64,000 bases of DNA, from NCBI GenBank assembly GCA_011389745.1, contig JAABTQ010000001.1, positions 16,497-80,496 on the forward strand. Reading direction: 5' to 3'. Every line of letters starts with the position of its first letter. Position 1 is the stretch's first letter. The notes below the pieces were generated by a model, which saw only the letters and a program-made list of their open reading frames with translations, was not told the DNA's origin and did no database searches. Below, one piece after another: positions 10,901-20,194 of the stretch. The translations under genes and the position numbers were made by a program. The DNA is from Desulfobacteraceae bacterium. GTDB lineage: Bacteria; Desulfobacterota; Desulfobacteria; Desulfobacterales; SKZT01.

Positions 10901-12358
10901 CGGAAACTTGCCTTTCATGGCCACATCGGCAATATCTTCCATTTTAACTCCCAGAGTTTCATAAGCCGATTCTTCCAAAAAAGACCCGGTGCCCGCGGAA
11001 CAGGCTTCATTCATGGCGTAATCGGAGGGCACGGAATTGGTGATATAGGTGTATTTGGCATCTTGCCCGCCAATTTCAAAAATGGTGTCCACCTGACTGT
11101 CAAAATAGACCGCTGCGGTGGCATGGGCAATGATTTCATTAATTACTCCGTTTGTCATGGCATGAAGCCCGGCAATTTGACGTCCTGAACCGCAAACACC
11201 CAAACCTTCGATAACAATATCATCCGGGTTCACCAGGTCTTTGACCTGGGAAAGAATATTTCGGTAACAATCCCGCGATGCCCCCACCGGATCGCCGTTG
11301 GTGCGGAGGTAAACCGAAGCCAAAAGAGCGTTGTCCTTATTTCGAATCAAGGTGGCTTTGGTAGTGGTTGAACCCACGTCGAGTCCAAGAACACAAACAT
11401 CTCCGGACCTCACTTCCGCCATCTGTATTGTTTTAAACTCCACGCGGTTTTCAAAATTGAAAAGGGGTGGTAAGGTATCAAAAGATCCCATATCGGAGGA
11501 GAACAGATTGGAAAAACCCGAAAAATGGGCAGTCTCATTTTCCATTGCCCACAAGGCTGCACCCAGTGCCTCAAAATACGGTGCTTGATCAGGGACAATG
11601 AGTTCTTCAGTTTCCTGGGCAAGATATTCCACCATCATGCGATTTTGAGAGGCTCCTCCCGTAAGCATGAGGTGTTTTCGCTCCACTTTCTTTAATAATT
11701 CCAGGATTTTATTGGCCATCATTTTGCAAAGACCAGCAGTCACTTTTTTTTTCGGCACCCCTTTGTTGGTAGCGTGAGTGCAGTCGGATTTGCAAAACAC
11801 CGAACATCGGCCGGATACATGATAAGGCTTTTCTTCGGCTGCCCAAGTGAAAGCTTCATCCAGAGAAACATTCATCCTTCGAAGCTGCTGGAGCAAAAAT
11901 TCACCGGTTCCGGAAGCACACTTATTTCCGGTCATCACATTAGCAATACGTCCATTTTTGTCCAGAACATAAACCATAAATGTTTCACCCCCGGCGGAAA
12001 TCACCGCAGGACATGAAACCCCATCGGGTTTAACATATTTATAGGCATATTCAACAGCTTCAGGCTCTGAAATAGACGACAGGTTTACAAAATGGCGAAA
12101 TCGTCTTCCGGTGGCGGCAATACGATCAAATTGACTCAAATCAAAGAGTTCAAGAGCTTTTAAGAGAGTCTTTTTGGGATCTCCCTCATGAGCGTGAAGC
12201 GAAAAATCAATAACTTCCGGCCGCCCGTTTTGGTTTTTTTGCATTTCCATATGGACCACGGAAACCGTGGAAGCTCCTAAACAAATGCCTAAAACTTTTA
12301 ATGTATCTGAAAACTCATTGCTGAGTCTTTTTTTATTTATGACGCAATCTTCTTTCAT
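7964..12358 (-). CDS. BcrAD/BadFG/HgdC-type activase (two ATPase modules) fused to 2-hydroxyacyl-CoA-dehydratase-like domains
   Basis: 1464 aa. It has two actin-fold phosphate-1 motifs (LGICLGASTVSVV; LGLDVGSTTTKATLI). Each is followed by a cluster-ligand-type motif: NKCASGTGEF for the first and NEACSAGTGSF for the second. The long C-terminal half has conserved Cys, as in dehydratase D-component/DUF2229 fusions. Confidence 0.75.
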   Translation of the reverse strand: MKEDCVINKKRLSNEFSDTLKVLGICLGASTVSVVHMEMQKNQNGRPEVIDFSLHAHEGDPKKTLLKALELFDLSQFDRIAATGRRFRHFVNLSSISEPEAVEYAYKYVKPDGVSCPAVISAGGETFMVYVLDKNGRIANVMTGNKCASGTGEFLLQQLRRMNVSLDEAFTWAAEEKPYHVSGRCSVFCKSDCTHATNKGVPKKKVTAGLCKMMANKILELLKKVERKHLMLTGGASQNRMMVEYLAQETEELIVPDQAPYFEALGAALWAMENETAHFSGFSNLFSSDMGSFDTLPPLFNFENRVEFKTIQMAEVRSGDVCVLGLDVGSTTTKATLIRNKDNALLASVYLRTNGDPVGASRDCYRNILSQVKDLVNPDDIVIEGLGVCGSGRQIAGLHAMTNGVINEIIAHATAAVYFDSQVDTIFEIGGQDAKYTYITNSVPSDYAMNEACSAGTGSFLEESAYETLGVKMEDIADVAMKGKFPPNFNDQCAAFIASDIKNAIHEGVGHEDIVAGLVYSICMNYSNRVKGNRPVGEKVFMQGGVCYNRAVPYAMAALVDKPIIVPPEPGLMGAYGVALEVKNRIDQGLMEKNKFDLEVLANREVGYGKSFICGGGKEKCDRRCEVAVIHVEGKKYPFGGACNRYYNLRHNVKYDVNSLDLVSVRQRLVYQKYGIDPHKIAEKPYKKRIGINRSFLVNTYYPLYSTFFDELGWQSIIPDDPSREGIDQRNAAFCFPVELAHGFFYSLIRMENPPDFLFMPHFKAVPQLNGNVSSLVCPFVQGETYYLQATYRESIDQLKTRGIQLFTPVLDLTQGLEAAKNPMVDMVVTAGESRIDAEKAFSKALEKQNACIEEMKAIGKLSLEALKNDPQKIGVVIFSRPYSGFVEEAHMGIPRKLASRGVMVIPMDFLPVEGVKARRHMYWGMGQLIMMAARVVKENPRLFGTYITNFSCGPDSFLLGYFRELMGRKPSLTLELDSHTADAGLETRIEAFLDIVLAYRQLTSQKIIAEKKESFRPANVQVDQGNVRVMTSSGEMLRLNHPRVTLLIPSMGRLGTEALAAVFCQSGVQAVALPPADESILKIGRANTSCKECLPLILTTGSLLNYIRNKKRPDEVVVYFMATGSGPCRFGQYYIFMEDLLKRLKISDVAMFALSSEDSYEGMDKHFEKRAWWAVIVSDVMEDIRSMILANASDTEQGIRIFEQEWNKILHELEKGDFKSLENQAVKTSENLRKIRLKLPSEQVPIVAITGEIYVRRDSLSRQNLTEKLAEKGFATICSPIAEWVHYCDFLLDKGLSEGRLTLKKRLKFYIKRLFVVGYERRLKRALSASGLVHAEPFNVKSIVKTAKPYISEHLTGEAILTVGSSLSEVASHACGVIAIGPFGCMPNRMSESILTEIMDRDNKLASDPKNQPLKALLTEVEQLPFLAIESDGSPFPQLINAKLETFCLRAQRLHKKMIKARS

Positions 12359-12388
12359 AGGTCTTAGCCAATTTATTTTTCTTAAAGT

Positions 12389-13810
12389 CTATACAGGTTC
12401 TTCATTACCAAAAGGGCTGTCATTGCGAATCGTGGACAACTCACTCAGTGCTTCCCGAATTTCTCTGGCTCCCTCATCGTAAATCTGTCGTACGGCTGCA
12501 TGTTCCTGTTTAATGTCCTTAAGGGAAAAACGCCCCCTGGTCCTTTCAAGAAATGATAAGACATATTTGCGGACCGCCTCCCATACATCCCGGCGAGTTT
12601 GATTTTCCAAAGGTGTTAATTCATCAATCAGGTTGATTTGTTTCCGGTGAAAAGCGGTCCTGAAAAATTGTTGGATAAAAGTTACCCAACCTACAAGCGC
12701 ACCCACAGCAATAACACCTCCTATACCCAGAAGAACGACCGGTCCCTGACCGGCAAAAAAGGGTACCATTGCCAATCCAAGGCCTGAAGCTGCTCCCACA
12801 AGAAGAGCAACAAAAACTCCCACCGCCCAAAACTTGAATTTAAATACCCGAAGTTTTTTCCGGTAACTGATCAAAGCCTCCAATAGATGGGCAAGCCTCT
12901 CACTATGGTTTTCAACAAATGTGGCCAAGTGATCAAGATGTCGCTGGGGCGTTTGTTGAATCGCTTTTTTGATTTCTTCCCTTTGGTTTTGGAGGGAATT
13001 CAAAAAACCTGTCTCACAGTTATCTCCATTTACAATTCCCGGTGATGCATTGGGGGAGTAAGTCAGATGAATCATGGGAATATCTTTTCTTCCGGTAATC
13101 TGGGAAAGGTTCCAACACAACGTACCGTAAACACGCAACAGATCGGTCAGCGAAGAACACTCATCGATACGGTTTAAAATATATAGCACACGGTCTTCAA
13201 AAGTTTTGGCCGGAAGAGTTTCTCTGAGGCTCTTGTGAGCTTCACGAACCGTACCAGCCTTGTGCGGATCGAAAAGAACCAGCACAAGATCAACAATCTG
13301 GGCCAGATCTCCGACCACCTCCTGATAATCATAGCCTCGGTCCCGTTCAGTGATGCTGTCGAGCATACCCGGAGTATCAATAATCGCCAGATTTTTTAAA
13401 AATGGCGCATTAATTTTTTTCAGGCGAAAGTGCGAAGCAAACCGCTGTCCGTGCTTCTTCAATACTTCAAAAGGATATTCGGGATCGTTTAATAAAAATT
13501 TACCATCCCGCTCTTCGGTCACAATAACAGGGCTTCCCTCAGGGGAAGAATCATCGTAGGTTAATATTGTAAAAGAATCATCCGTGGGCGCTTGTCCGGT
13601 AGCCTGGATATTGGCTCCTATAAATTCATTGATCAATGTTGATTTCCCGGATGAATAATTCCCTATTACCAAAACCTGCGGTCGCCATTTGATATTGGCC
13701 TCCAGGGGGACTTCACTATAACCATACTTGAGGGCCACCGGAGTCAAGTGATCGGCCACCATGCCAACAAGTTCCATCCGTAGCGAATTAATATAATTTT
13801 CACGATTCAT
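12389..13810 (-). CDS. dynamin-family GTPase with C-terminal membrane hairpin
   Basis: G1 GNYSSGKST, G3 DTPG, G4 NRID. A hydrophobic stretch FWAVGVFVALLVGAASGLGLAMVPFF...GGVIAVGALVGWVTFI lies near the C-terminus. Confidence 0.75.
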   Translation of the reverse strand: MNRENYINSLRMELVGMVADHLTPVALKYGYSEVPLEANIKWRPQVLVIGNYSSGKSTLINEFIGANIQATGQAPTDDSFTILTYDDSSPEGSPVIVTEERDGKFLLNDPEYPFEVLKKHGQRFASHFRLKKINAPFLKNLAIIDTPGMLDSITERDRGYDYQEVVGDLAQIVDLVLVLFDPHKAGTVREAHKSLRETLPAKTFEDRVLYILNRIDECSSLTDLLRVYGTLCWNLSQITGRKDIPMIHLTYSPNASPGIVNGDNCETGFLNSLQNQREEIKKAIQQTPQRHLDHLATFVENHSERLAHLLEALISYRKKLRVFKFKFWAVGVFVALLVGAASGLGLAMVPFFAGQGPVVLLGIGGVIAVGALVGWVTFIQQFFRTAFHRKQINLIDELTPLENQTRRDVWEAVRKYVLSFLERTRGRFSLKDIKQEHAAVRQIYDEGAREIREALSELSTIRNDSPFGNEEPV

Positions 13811-14088
13811 GAATTTCTCCAGTTCAAATTGACTTGGGAAAAAATATTCGATTGCAGCTGTATCGTTTTAAACACTTTAGTTACTGAGAATATGAATTCC
13901 GGGCACGTTGACACTTGTATGTGTCCCTGATACGGTGCCGCTGTCTTTATTGATTTGTTCAAATTAAATTTAATTTTGATTCTGTCCTTTTAAAGAAGTT
14001 ATTTGAAGTATAGACAAAAAATTATAAAGAAATCATACTTGCAAGTCAAGAGAGTTGTCCTTATTAAACATTCTATCGCAAATATTAT

Positions 14089-15666
14089 ATGAACACCGGA
14101 CTTTATAAAAAAATCGGCATCGCATCGGCCATTATGATGGCCTCTGTATTTTTAAGTCGTATGATTGGCCTTGTTCGAGAAATGGTCATCGCTTATATGG
14201 CCGGAGCCGGAGCTGAAGTGGATGCTTATCAGGTGGCATTTATCATCCCGGATATTTTAAATCATGTGGCCGCCAGCGGATTTCTTTCCGTCACATTCAT
14301 TCCGATTTTTTCAAATTACCTGGCAGCCGAAAAAAGAGATGATGGCTGGCAGGTGGTTTCGACTATTCTGACATGCTTCGGAAGCCTTCTTGCCATCGGT
14401 ATTGGTATTGCTTTTGTTTTTACACCTCGCTTGATTTCAATATTGGCTCCTGGTTTAGATAATCCCGCCATGATTTCAAATGCGGTCTACATGACCCGTA
14501 TTATCCTCCCTGCCCAATTTTTTTTCTTTGCAGGCGGACTGTTCATGGCGATTCAGTTTTCATTGGAACGTTTTGCTATTCCGGCAATGGCTCCATTGAT
14601 TTACAATCTTGGAATCATTCTGGGGGGTTTATTGCTGGGCCCATGGTTGGGAGTGGCCGGTTTTTCCTATGGCGTTCTGGCGGGTGCATTAGTCGGAAAT
14701 TTTGCCCTTCAATTCTGGGGAGCAAAAAGGGCTGGGATGAAACTTCGGCTCCGTATGGATTTTTTTCACCCGGACTTAAAACGATACGTCTTACTCACCT
14801 TACCCTTGATGGTTGGACTATCCATGACTTTTTCCGCAGAGTTTTTTCTGAAGTTTTTCGGTTCTTTCCTTCCCGAAGGAAGTATCGCTGCTTTAAATTA
14901 CGGCCTCAGGATAACGTTGATGCTTGTAGGTTTCTTCGGTCAGGCCGTGGGAACCGCATCATTTCCCTTTATGGCAAGGCTTGCCGCGGAAAACAAAATC
15001 TCTGAAATGAACCAGCTTTTAAATGACACACTCAGATATTTGTCCCTGGTGATCCCGATTTCCGTCCTGGTAATGGTTTTAAGAAAAGAAGTGGTTCAAA
15101 TTCTTTTTGAACGCGGACGTTTTGATGCTTCAGCAACAGAACTGACCTCATCGGCTCTGGTATTTCTTTTAATAGGTGCCTTTGCCTTCGCCTCTCAGAC
15201 CGTTGTGGTCAGGGGTTATTATGCAATGCAAAACACCCTTTTTCCAGCCATTTTCGGAACATTGGCGGTTGCCGCCGGTATTCCCGTATATTTTATCGGT
15301 ATGCACTTTATGGGTACCAACGGCGTAGGTTTTGCCATTTCAATATCGGCCATCTTACAGTTGATGATCCTATTTATGCTTTGGAACCGCAGGACAGCGA
15401 ATATCGGAAGTCAAAAAGTCTATGGTGCTTATGCCAAAATGATTTTAATAAGTATTCCCATAGGGCTTATCCTCAATTGGACAGGGAGCGGGATTTATCC
15501 TCAGGCATGGAAAGACACCTTAGCCGGAAACATAGTTATTTGCGCTAGTACCGGCACTTTATTTGCCGTTTTAATTATCATGTCCGGCTATCTTTTTAAG
15601 ATCACGGAAATACAGGAGGTAATTAACCGCATCTTTAGAAAATTTTTTGCGGCAAAATCTCAATAG
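14089..15666 (+). CDS. murJ: lipid II flippase MurJ (MviN)
   Basis: 525-aa polytopic membrane protein with the MurJ N-terminal signature SRMIGLVREMVIAYMAGAGAEVDAYQVAFIIPD. Confidence 0.85.
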   Translation: MNTGLYKKIGIASAIMMASVFLSRMIGLVREMVIAYMAGAGAEVDAYQVAFIIPDILNHVAASGFLSVTFIPIFSNYLAAEKRDDGWQVVSTILTCFGSLLAIGIGIAFVFTPRLISILAPGLDNPAMISNAVYMTRIILPAQFFFFAGGLFMAIQFSLERFAIPAMAPLIYNLGIILGGLLLGPWLGVAGFSYGVLAGALVGNFALQFWGAKRAGMKLRLRMDFFHPDLKRYVLLTLPLMVGLSMTFSAEFFLKFFGSFLPEGSIAALNYGLRITLMLVGFFGQAVGTASFPFMARLAAENKISEMNQLLNDTLRYLSLVIPISVLVMVLRKEVVQILFERGRFDASATELTSSALVFLLIGAFAFASQTVVVRGYYAMQNTLFPAIFGTLAVAAGIPVYFIGMHFMGTNGVGFAISISAILQLMILFMLWNRRTANIGSQKVYGAYAKMILISIPIGLILNWTGSGIYPQAWKDTLAGNIVICASTGTLFAVLIIMSGYLFKITEIQEVINRIFRKFFAAKSQ

Positions 15667-15714
15667 TATAAGAGAATAAACAAATGACAGCAATAAGGTA
15701 AATGATAAAATCAG

Positions 15715-16797
15715 CTATCTTTCCGGTTCCATCCGCTCGAAAACAGCCTTGATCAAAATCGGCAAAACTGTTGTGGCATCGGCATACACCTCGGCATATT
15801 TTCCTCCTTTGGCTTCAGGTATGAATTTTCCCCAGGAAATGCCCTCCTTATAGGTACACCCGGATAATCCGCCCCAGTGGGCCGGTTCAGGACAAATACG
15901 CACCCCTAAACTAAAAAAACATGGATCAACCGGAAAGCCTTGCTGAGACATAATGTCAATCAGCGGTGCAACCTGTTGTCCCCAGTTTCTTGGAACTCCA
16001 CCGCCTATGGTAAAAATAGCCAGACGTCCCTTGTGGTTGTGTATGCGGTGAGAAAAATCCATCAGGTCAACATAGGGATTATACGGAAGCACAGGACCAT
16101 TTATAAAGGGTTCTTTTTGAAAACCGTTTGTTCTATGAATATAGCGAACCGCCAGATCAACTCCCATTTCACAATCCGTAAATGCGGGAATATAGACAGG
16201 AACCCCTTTTTTGCAGGCTGAGGTTAGAATATTGCGATCATTTGGAAATTTTTTTTCCATCAGTAAACCAAAACGCCTGCAAAAATCCGCGGAACCCGCC
16301 GGAGGTGTTTTCCCGTCGATAGCAGGTATAAGTTCATCCAGATGATCTCCCAGCAAAGATTCAAGATCCTGGAATGAGCTTTCCAACTCAATCGTGTCGT
16401 ATACACGATTGTATCCTTTTTTAAAATACGAGCTATCATCAACATTGCGGCACTGATAATGCTTGATTCCCATGCCTTCAATCAAGCCATGAGTCAGAAG
16501 CGCCCCGGTCGATATCAATATATTGACGCAACCCCGATCGATAAGGTCTCCGATGATCAGACCCTGTTTGGCAACCGTCATGGCACCACTCAAGGTCAGC
16601 ACCACAAGAGTGTCCGGGTCCGTAAAACATTCATATAAAATATAAAACGCTTTTCCAAGCTGCCGTCCTGAAAAGGAGGTCTTTTCCATGGCCTCCAAAA
16701 GATCGGTAAAAGAGTGAATTTTTCCAAGATCAACAGGCTCCAAAGGAACCAGGTCATCTCCCATCTTAAAATCCGTAGGCTGTCTTTCCCATGTCAT
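15715..16797 (-). CDS. deoxyhypusine synthase-like protein
   Basis: 360 aa. LTLSGAMTVAKQG...ILISTGALLTHG and IFTIGGGVPRNW blocks resemble the DHS/homospermidine-synthase-like family. Confidence 0.65.
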   Translation of the reverse strand: MTWERQPTDFKMGDDLVPLEPVDLGKIHSFTDLLEAMEKTSFSGRQLGKAFYILYECFTDPDTLVVLTLSGAMTVAKQGLIIGDLIDRGCVNILISTGALLTHGLIEGMGIKHYQCRNVDDSSYFKKGYNRVYDTIELESSFQDLESLLGDHLDELIPAIDGKTPPAGSADFCRRFGLLMEKKFPNDRNILTSACKKGVPVYIPAFTDCEMGVDLAVRYIHRTNGFQKEPFINGPVLPYNPYVDLMDFSHRIHNHKGRLAIFTIGGGVPRNWGQQVAPLIDIMSQQGFPVDPCFFSLGVRICPEPAHWGGLSGCTYKEGISWGKFIPEAKGGKYAEVYADATTVLPILIKAVFERMEPER

Positions 16798-17142
16798 TTG
16801 AAACTATCCCTTTATGAAGTTTCCACGTTTGCTTCAATTAATTCAGGCTGAACACGATAAAATTAAAAACCATCCAAGGCATATATTTCATGTTGACCAC
16901 GACTCATATCAACAAACTCTTGAAATATATGATAATAAATTTCTTGTAAAGAAAATTTCGGGATTGTTGTATTTAGAGTTTGAACGAAAACCCCCACCCT
17001 GACCCCGCCGCTGGGAGAAGGAATAATGGACTTTTCTTTCAGGCACTATTTAGTCATTTCTTGAATGATGACAAGATCAATGTTATATTAGAAATTATTT
17101 TGAAAAATCTCGATCTTTCGATTTGCTTTCCGGGTATCATAA

Positions 17143-17673
17143 ATGAACAAAAAACAGATTACTGTATTGGGTGTCGGCAATATTTTGTTATCGGACGAGG
17201 GTTTCGGCGTTAAAGTAGTTCTTAAAATGATGCAAAATTATCAATTTCCCGAAAACGTATGCCTCGTTGACGGAAATGTGCAAGGCTTGAGTCTTTTGGG
17301 AACTATCTCCGATACCGATTATTTAATTGTGGTGGATGCAATAAAAGACAACGGTAAGCCAGGGACGATTTACCGTTTAAATTCAAAAGACATACCCAAT
17401 AGGGTTCGGGCTAAAAACTCACTTCACCAGGTAGACTTTTTAGAGGCCCTTACCCTTTGCCGGGCATTGGACCATGTACCGGAAACTGTTATTTTCGGCG
17501 TAGAACCCAGGGATATTGAAACGGTGCAGGACAAATTGACCCCTGAAATTAAAGCCCAAATAAACCCCGTCATTGATTTGGTTCTGGCGGAACTGACAAA
17601 AATCGGGATTTCATATCAAAAAGGAGTGAATAATCATGTGCCTCGCTATCCCTTCCAGGATTGTGAAAATTGA
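17143..17673 (+). CDS. hydrogenase maturation endopeptidase (HyaD/HybD family)
   Basis: VLGVGNILLSDEGFG N-terminus, VDA and H metal ligands. It precedes hypCFDE. Confidence 0.8.
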   Translation: MNKKQITVLGVGNILLSDEGFGVKVVLKMMQNYQFPENVCLVDGNVQGLSLLGTISDTDYLIVVDAIKDNGKPGTIYRLNSKDIPNRVRAKNSLHQVDFLEALTLCRALDHVPETVIFGVEPRDIETVQDKLTPEIKAQINPVIDLVLAELTKIGISYQKGVNNHVPRYPFQDCEN

Positions 17674-17869
17674 CAACGAAATGGCCACGATCGATGTGGA
17701 TGGGGTTCAAAGAGAGGCCAGCCTGCTTTTACTTGAAGAACCTGCAGTAGGCGATTGGGTGATTGTTCATGCGGGTTTTGCCATTCACAAAATCGATGAG
17801 GCTGTTGCGCAAGAGACCTTGCAAATTCTTCGTGACGCTGCATCGATCATGGACCAGATTGATAAATGA
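17636..17869 (+). CDS. hypC: hydrogenase assembly chaperone HypC
   Basis: Begins MCLAIP, the essential N-terminal Cys after Met. 77 aa. Confidence 0.85.
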   Translation: MCLAIPSRIVKIDNEMATIDVDGVQREASLLLLEEPAVGDWVIVHAGFAIHKIDEAVAQETLQILRDAASIMDQIDK

Positions 17870-20184
17870 TGGATATAGGCAATGACCATATAGCCCGAAA
17901 AGTCCAGGTCAACGGTATTGTTCAGGGTGTGGGGTTCAGACCGTTTATTTTTGGGCTTGCCGAGCGTTATCGACTCAGAGGAGAAGTGGCCAACACATCC
18001 GGCGGCGTCATGATTCACATCGAGGGGGCCCCGATAAAAATCAGCCTTTTTTTAAAGGAGCTATCTGCTAGCCCCCCTCCCCTTGCCCATATCACGGATA
18101 TTTTCGTTCACTATGAAGCAATAAAAGGATTCACTACATTTTCCATCGCACAAAGCAGGTCTCCGGAAAAAACATCGACTTTGATTTCACCGGACATGGC
18201 CGTCTGCGAAGACTGTCTTCGGGAACTTTTCGACCCTCATAACCGCCGTTTCGTGTATCCCTTTATCAATTGTACCAACTGCGGCCCCAGATATACGATC
18301 ATCGAAGATATTCCCTATGATCGTCCAAAAACATCCATGAAGCAATTCAAGATGTGCGGCCAATGCCAACAAGAGTATGACAATCCAAAGGATCGGCGGT
18401 TTCACGCTCAACCCAATGCGTGTTCCGTGTGCGGACCTCAAATTTTACTTTACAATAAATCCGGTAAGATCAGTGACGCTTCCCATGCCATTGAAAAGGC
18501 TGCTGAACTTGTTTTGGCCGGGAATATTATTGCGATCAAAGGACTGGGGGGTTTTCATCTTGCGGTCGATGCCCGAAATGATGCAGCCGTGACAAAACTT
18601 CGAAAGCGAAAGCACCGGGAAGAAAAGGCGTTTGCAATAATGGCCGGGGACATTAAAAACATTCAAGAATTTGCTTATGTCGAGTTGGAAGATGAAAAAC
18701 TTCTCAGACTAGCCCGGCGGCCTATTGTAATTCTCCGAAAAAAGGAGCCCAACAACATTTCCAAAGAGGTTTCTCCCCGAAACCGGTTTTTTGGGGTCAT
18801 ACTCCCTTACACCCCGCTTCACTATCTTCTCCTGCGCAAAGTCGGCGCCCCTATGGTGATGACCAGCGGCAATATTTCGGAAGAACCCATTGCCATTGAC
18901 AATGATGATGCATTTGCTCGATTATCCGGCATTGCCGATTATTTTCTGGCTCACAACCGTGACATTTATTTGAGAAGCGATGATTCCGTGGTGCGAAATA
19001 TGGCTGGTGAAACCCGTTTCTTTCGAAGATCCAGAGGCTATGCTCCCATGCCGGTATTTATAAACAAAAAAAATGTTCAGGTCCTGGCCTGCGGCGCGGA
19101 ACTGAAAAACACGGTTTGCCTGACCAAAGACAACAAGGCCTTCCTGAGCCAGCATATTGGTGATCTCGAGAATTTGCCAACGTATAATTTTTTTAAAATG
19201 ACCATCGAGCATATGAAAAGAATCAATGAAATTGAGCCTGAAGTCATTGCATGTGATCTTCATCCCAACTATTTCAGCACCCGGTATGCCCGTGAACAAA
19301 AAGAACTTCCGGTGATTCAGGTCCAGCACCATCATGCCCATATTGCCGCATGCATGGCCGAAAACCAAAACAAAGGGCCTGTCATCGGTCTGGCCTTTGA
19401 CGGCACCGGTTATGGTTCAGACAACACCATCTGGGGAAGCGAAATCCTTGTGGCTGATGAACAATCCTTTCATCGCGCGGCTCATCTATCTTGCATACCT
19501 ATGCCGGGAGGAACAGCATCCATTAAAGAACCCTGGCGAATGGCAGTCAGCTATCTTTATCATGCCTACGGAGATAAAATTTGGGATCTCGACATTCCTT
19601 TTGTCAGGAATATGGATAGAAACAAGATTGAAATCATGATCCAAATGATTCAAAAAAAAATCAATTCACCGGAAACGTCCAGCTTAGGCCGCCTTTTCGA
19701 TGGAATTGCCGCTTTGATCGGGATCAGAAATCAGACGGTTTTCGAGGGGCAGGCGGCCATGGAACTAGAAATGATCGCCAATTGGCCGGTCCGGCAAGGG
19801 TATGATTATGGTTGGACTTCCAGAGATCATCATATCCTTTCCCTGGAACCGATCATCACCGGCGTTGTGTCGGACATGGAAAAAGAGATATCACCGGCGG
19901 AAATTTCGGGAAAGTTTCACTACACATTGATTCACATGTTCTCAAAAATATGCTGCTTTATCCGCAAAGAAACAAATATCAACACCACTGCGCTGAGCGG
20001 TGGATCATTTCAGAACAATCTGCTTTTGGCAGGCCTGATCGAAGACCTTAATAAGTTTGGCTTTGAAGTGCTCAGCCATCGAATGGTTCCGCCCAACGAC
20101 GGAAATATATCCCTTGGCCAGGCCGTTGTGGCAGCGGCGCTTTTTCGTAAAGGGGAAAATACTCCAAGTTTTAACATCCATTAA
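17866..20184 (+). CDS. hypF: carbamoyltransferase HypF
   Basis: Acylphosphatase-like N-terminus, four CxxC zinc-finger pairs (CEDC...CTNCGPRYT...CGQC...CSVCGP), then YrdC-like and Kae1-like domains. Confidence 0.9.
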   Translation: MMDIGNDHIARKVQVNGIVQGVGFRPFIFGLAERYRLRGEVANTSGGVMIHIEGAPIKISLFLKELSASPPPLAHITDIFVHYEAIKGFTTFSIAQSRSPEKTSTLISPDMAVCEDCLRELFDPHNRRFVYPFINCTNCGPRYTIIEDIPYDRPKTSMKQFKMCGQCQQEYDNPKDRRFHAQPNACSVCGPQILLYNKSGKISDASHAIEKAAELVLAGNIIAIKGLGGFHLAVDARNDAAVTKLRKRKHREEKAFAIMAGDIKNIQEFAYVELEDEKLLRLARRPIVILRKKEPNNISKEVSPRNRFFGVILPYTPLHYLLLRKVGAPMVMTSGNISEEPIAIDNDDAFARLSGIADYFLAHNRDIYLRSDDSVVRNMAGETRFFRRSRGYAPMPVFINKKNVQVLACGAELKNTVCLTKDNKAFLSQHIGDLENLPTYNFFKMTIEHMKRINEIEPEVIACDLHPNYFSTRYAREQKELPVIQVQHHHAHIAACMAENQNKGPVIGLAFDGTGYGSDNTIWGSEILVADEQSFHRAAHLSCIPMPGGTASIKEPWRMAVSYLYHAYGDKIWDLDIPFVRNMDRNKIEIMIQMIQKKINSPETSSLGRLFDGIAALIGIRNQTVFEGQAAMELEMIANWPVRQGYDYGWTSRDHHILSLEPIITGVVSDMEKEISPAEISGKFHYTLIHMFSKICCFIRKETNINTTALSGGSFQNNLLLAGLIEDLNKFGFEVLSHRMVPPNDGNISLGQAVVAAALFRKGENTPSFNIH

Positions 20185-20194
20185 AAATAATGAC

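Noticed and set aside
16973-16993. 21-mer ttagagtttgaacgaaaaccc resembling the IS left terminal repeat (ttagtgcccgaacgaaaaccc)
   Set aside because: The match is 17/21 with a 12-nt identical core. There is no partner repeat or transposase remnant nearby, so it could be chance. It is worth a genome-wide search but is not supportable as a solo IR.
16814-17213. Small ORFs (62 and 77 aa) in the spacer between the DHS-like gene and the hydrogenase protease
   Set aside because: No RBS, low-complexity sequence, and overlap with the start of the protease gene. This is more likely promoter or leader DNA.
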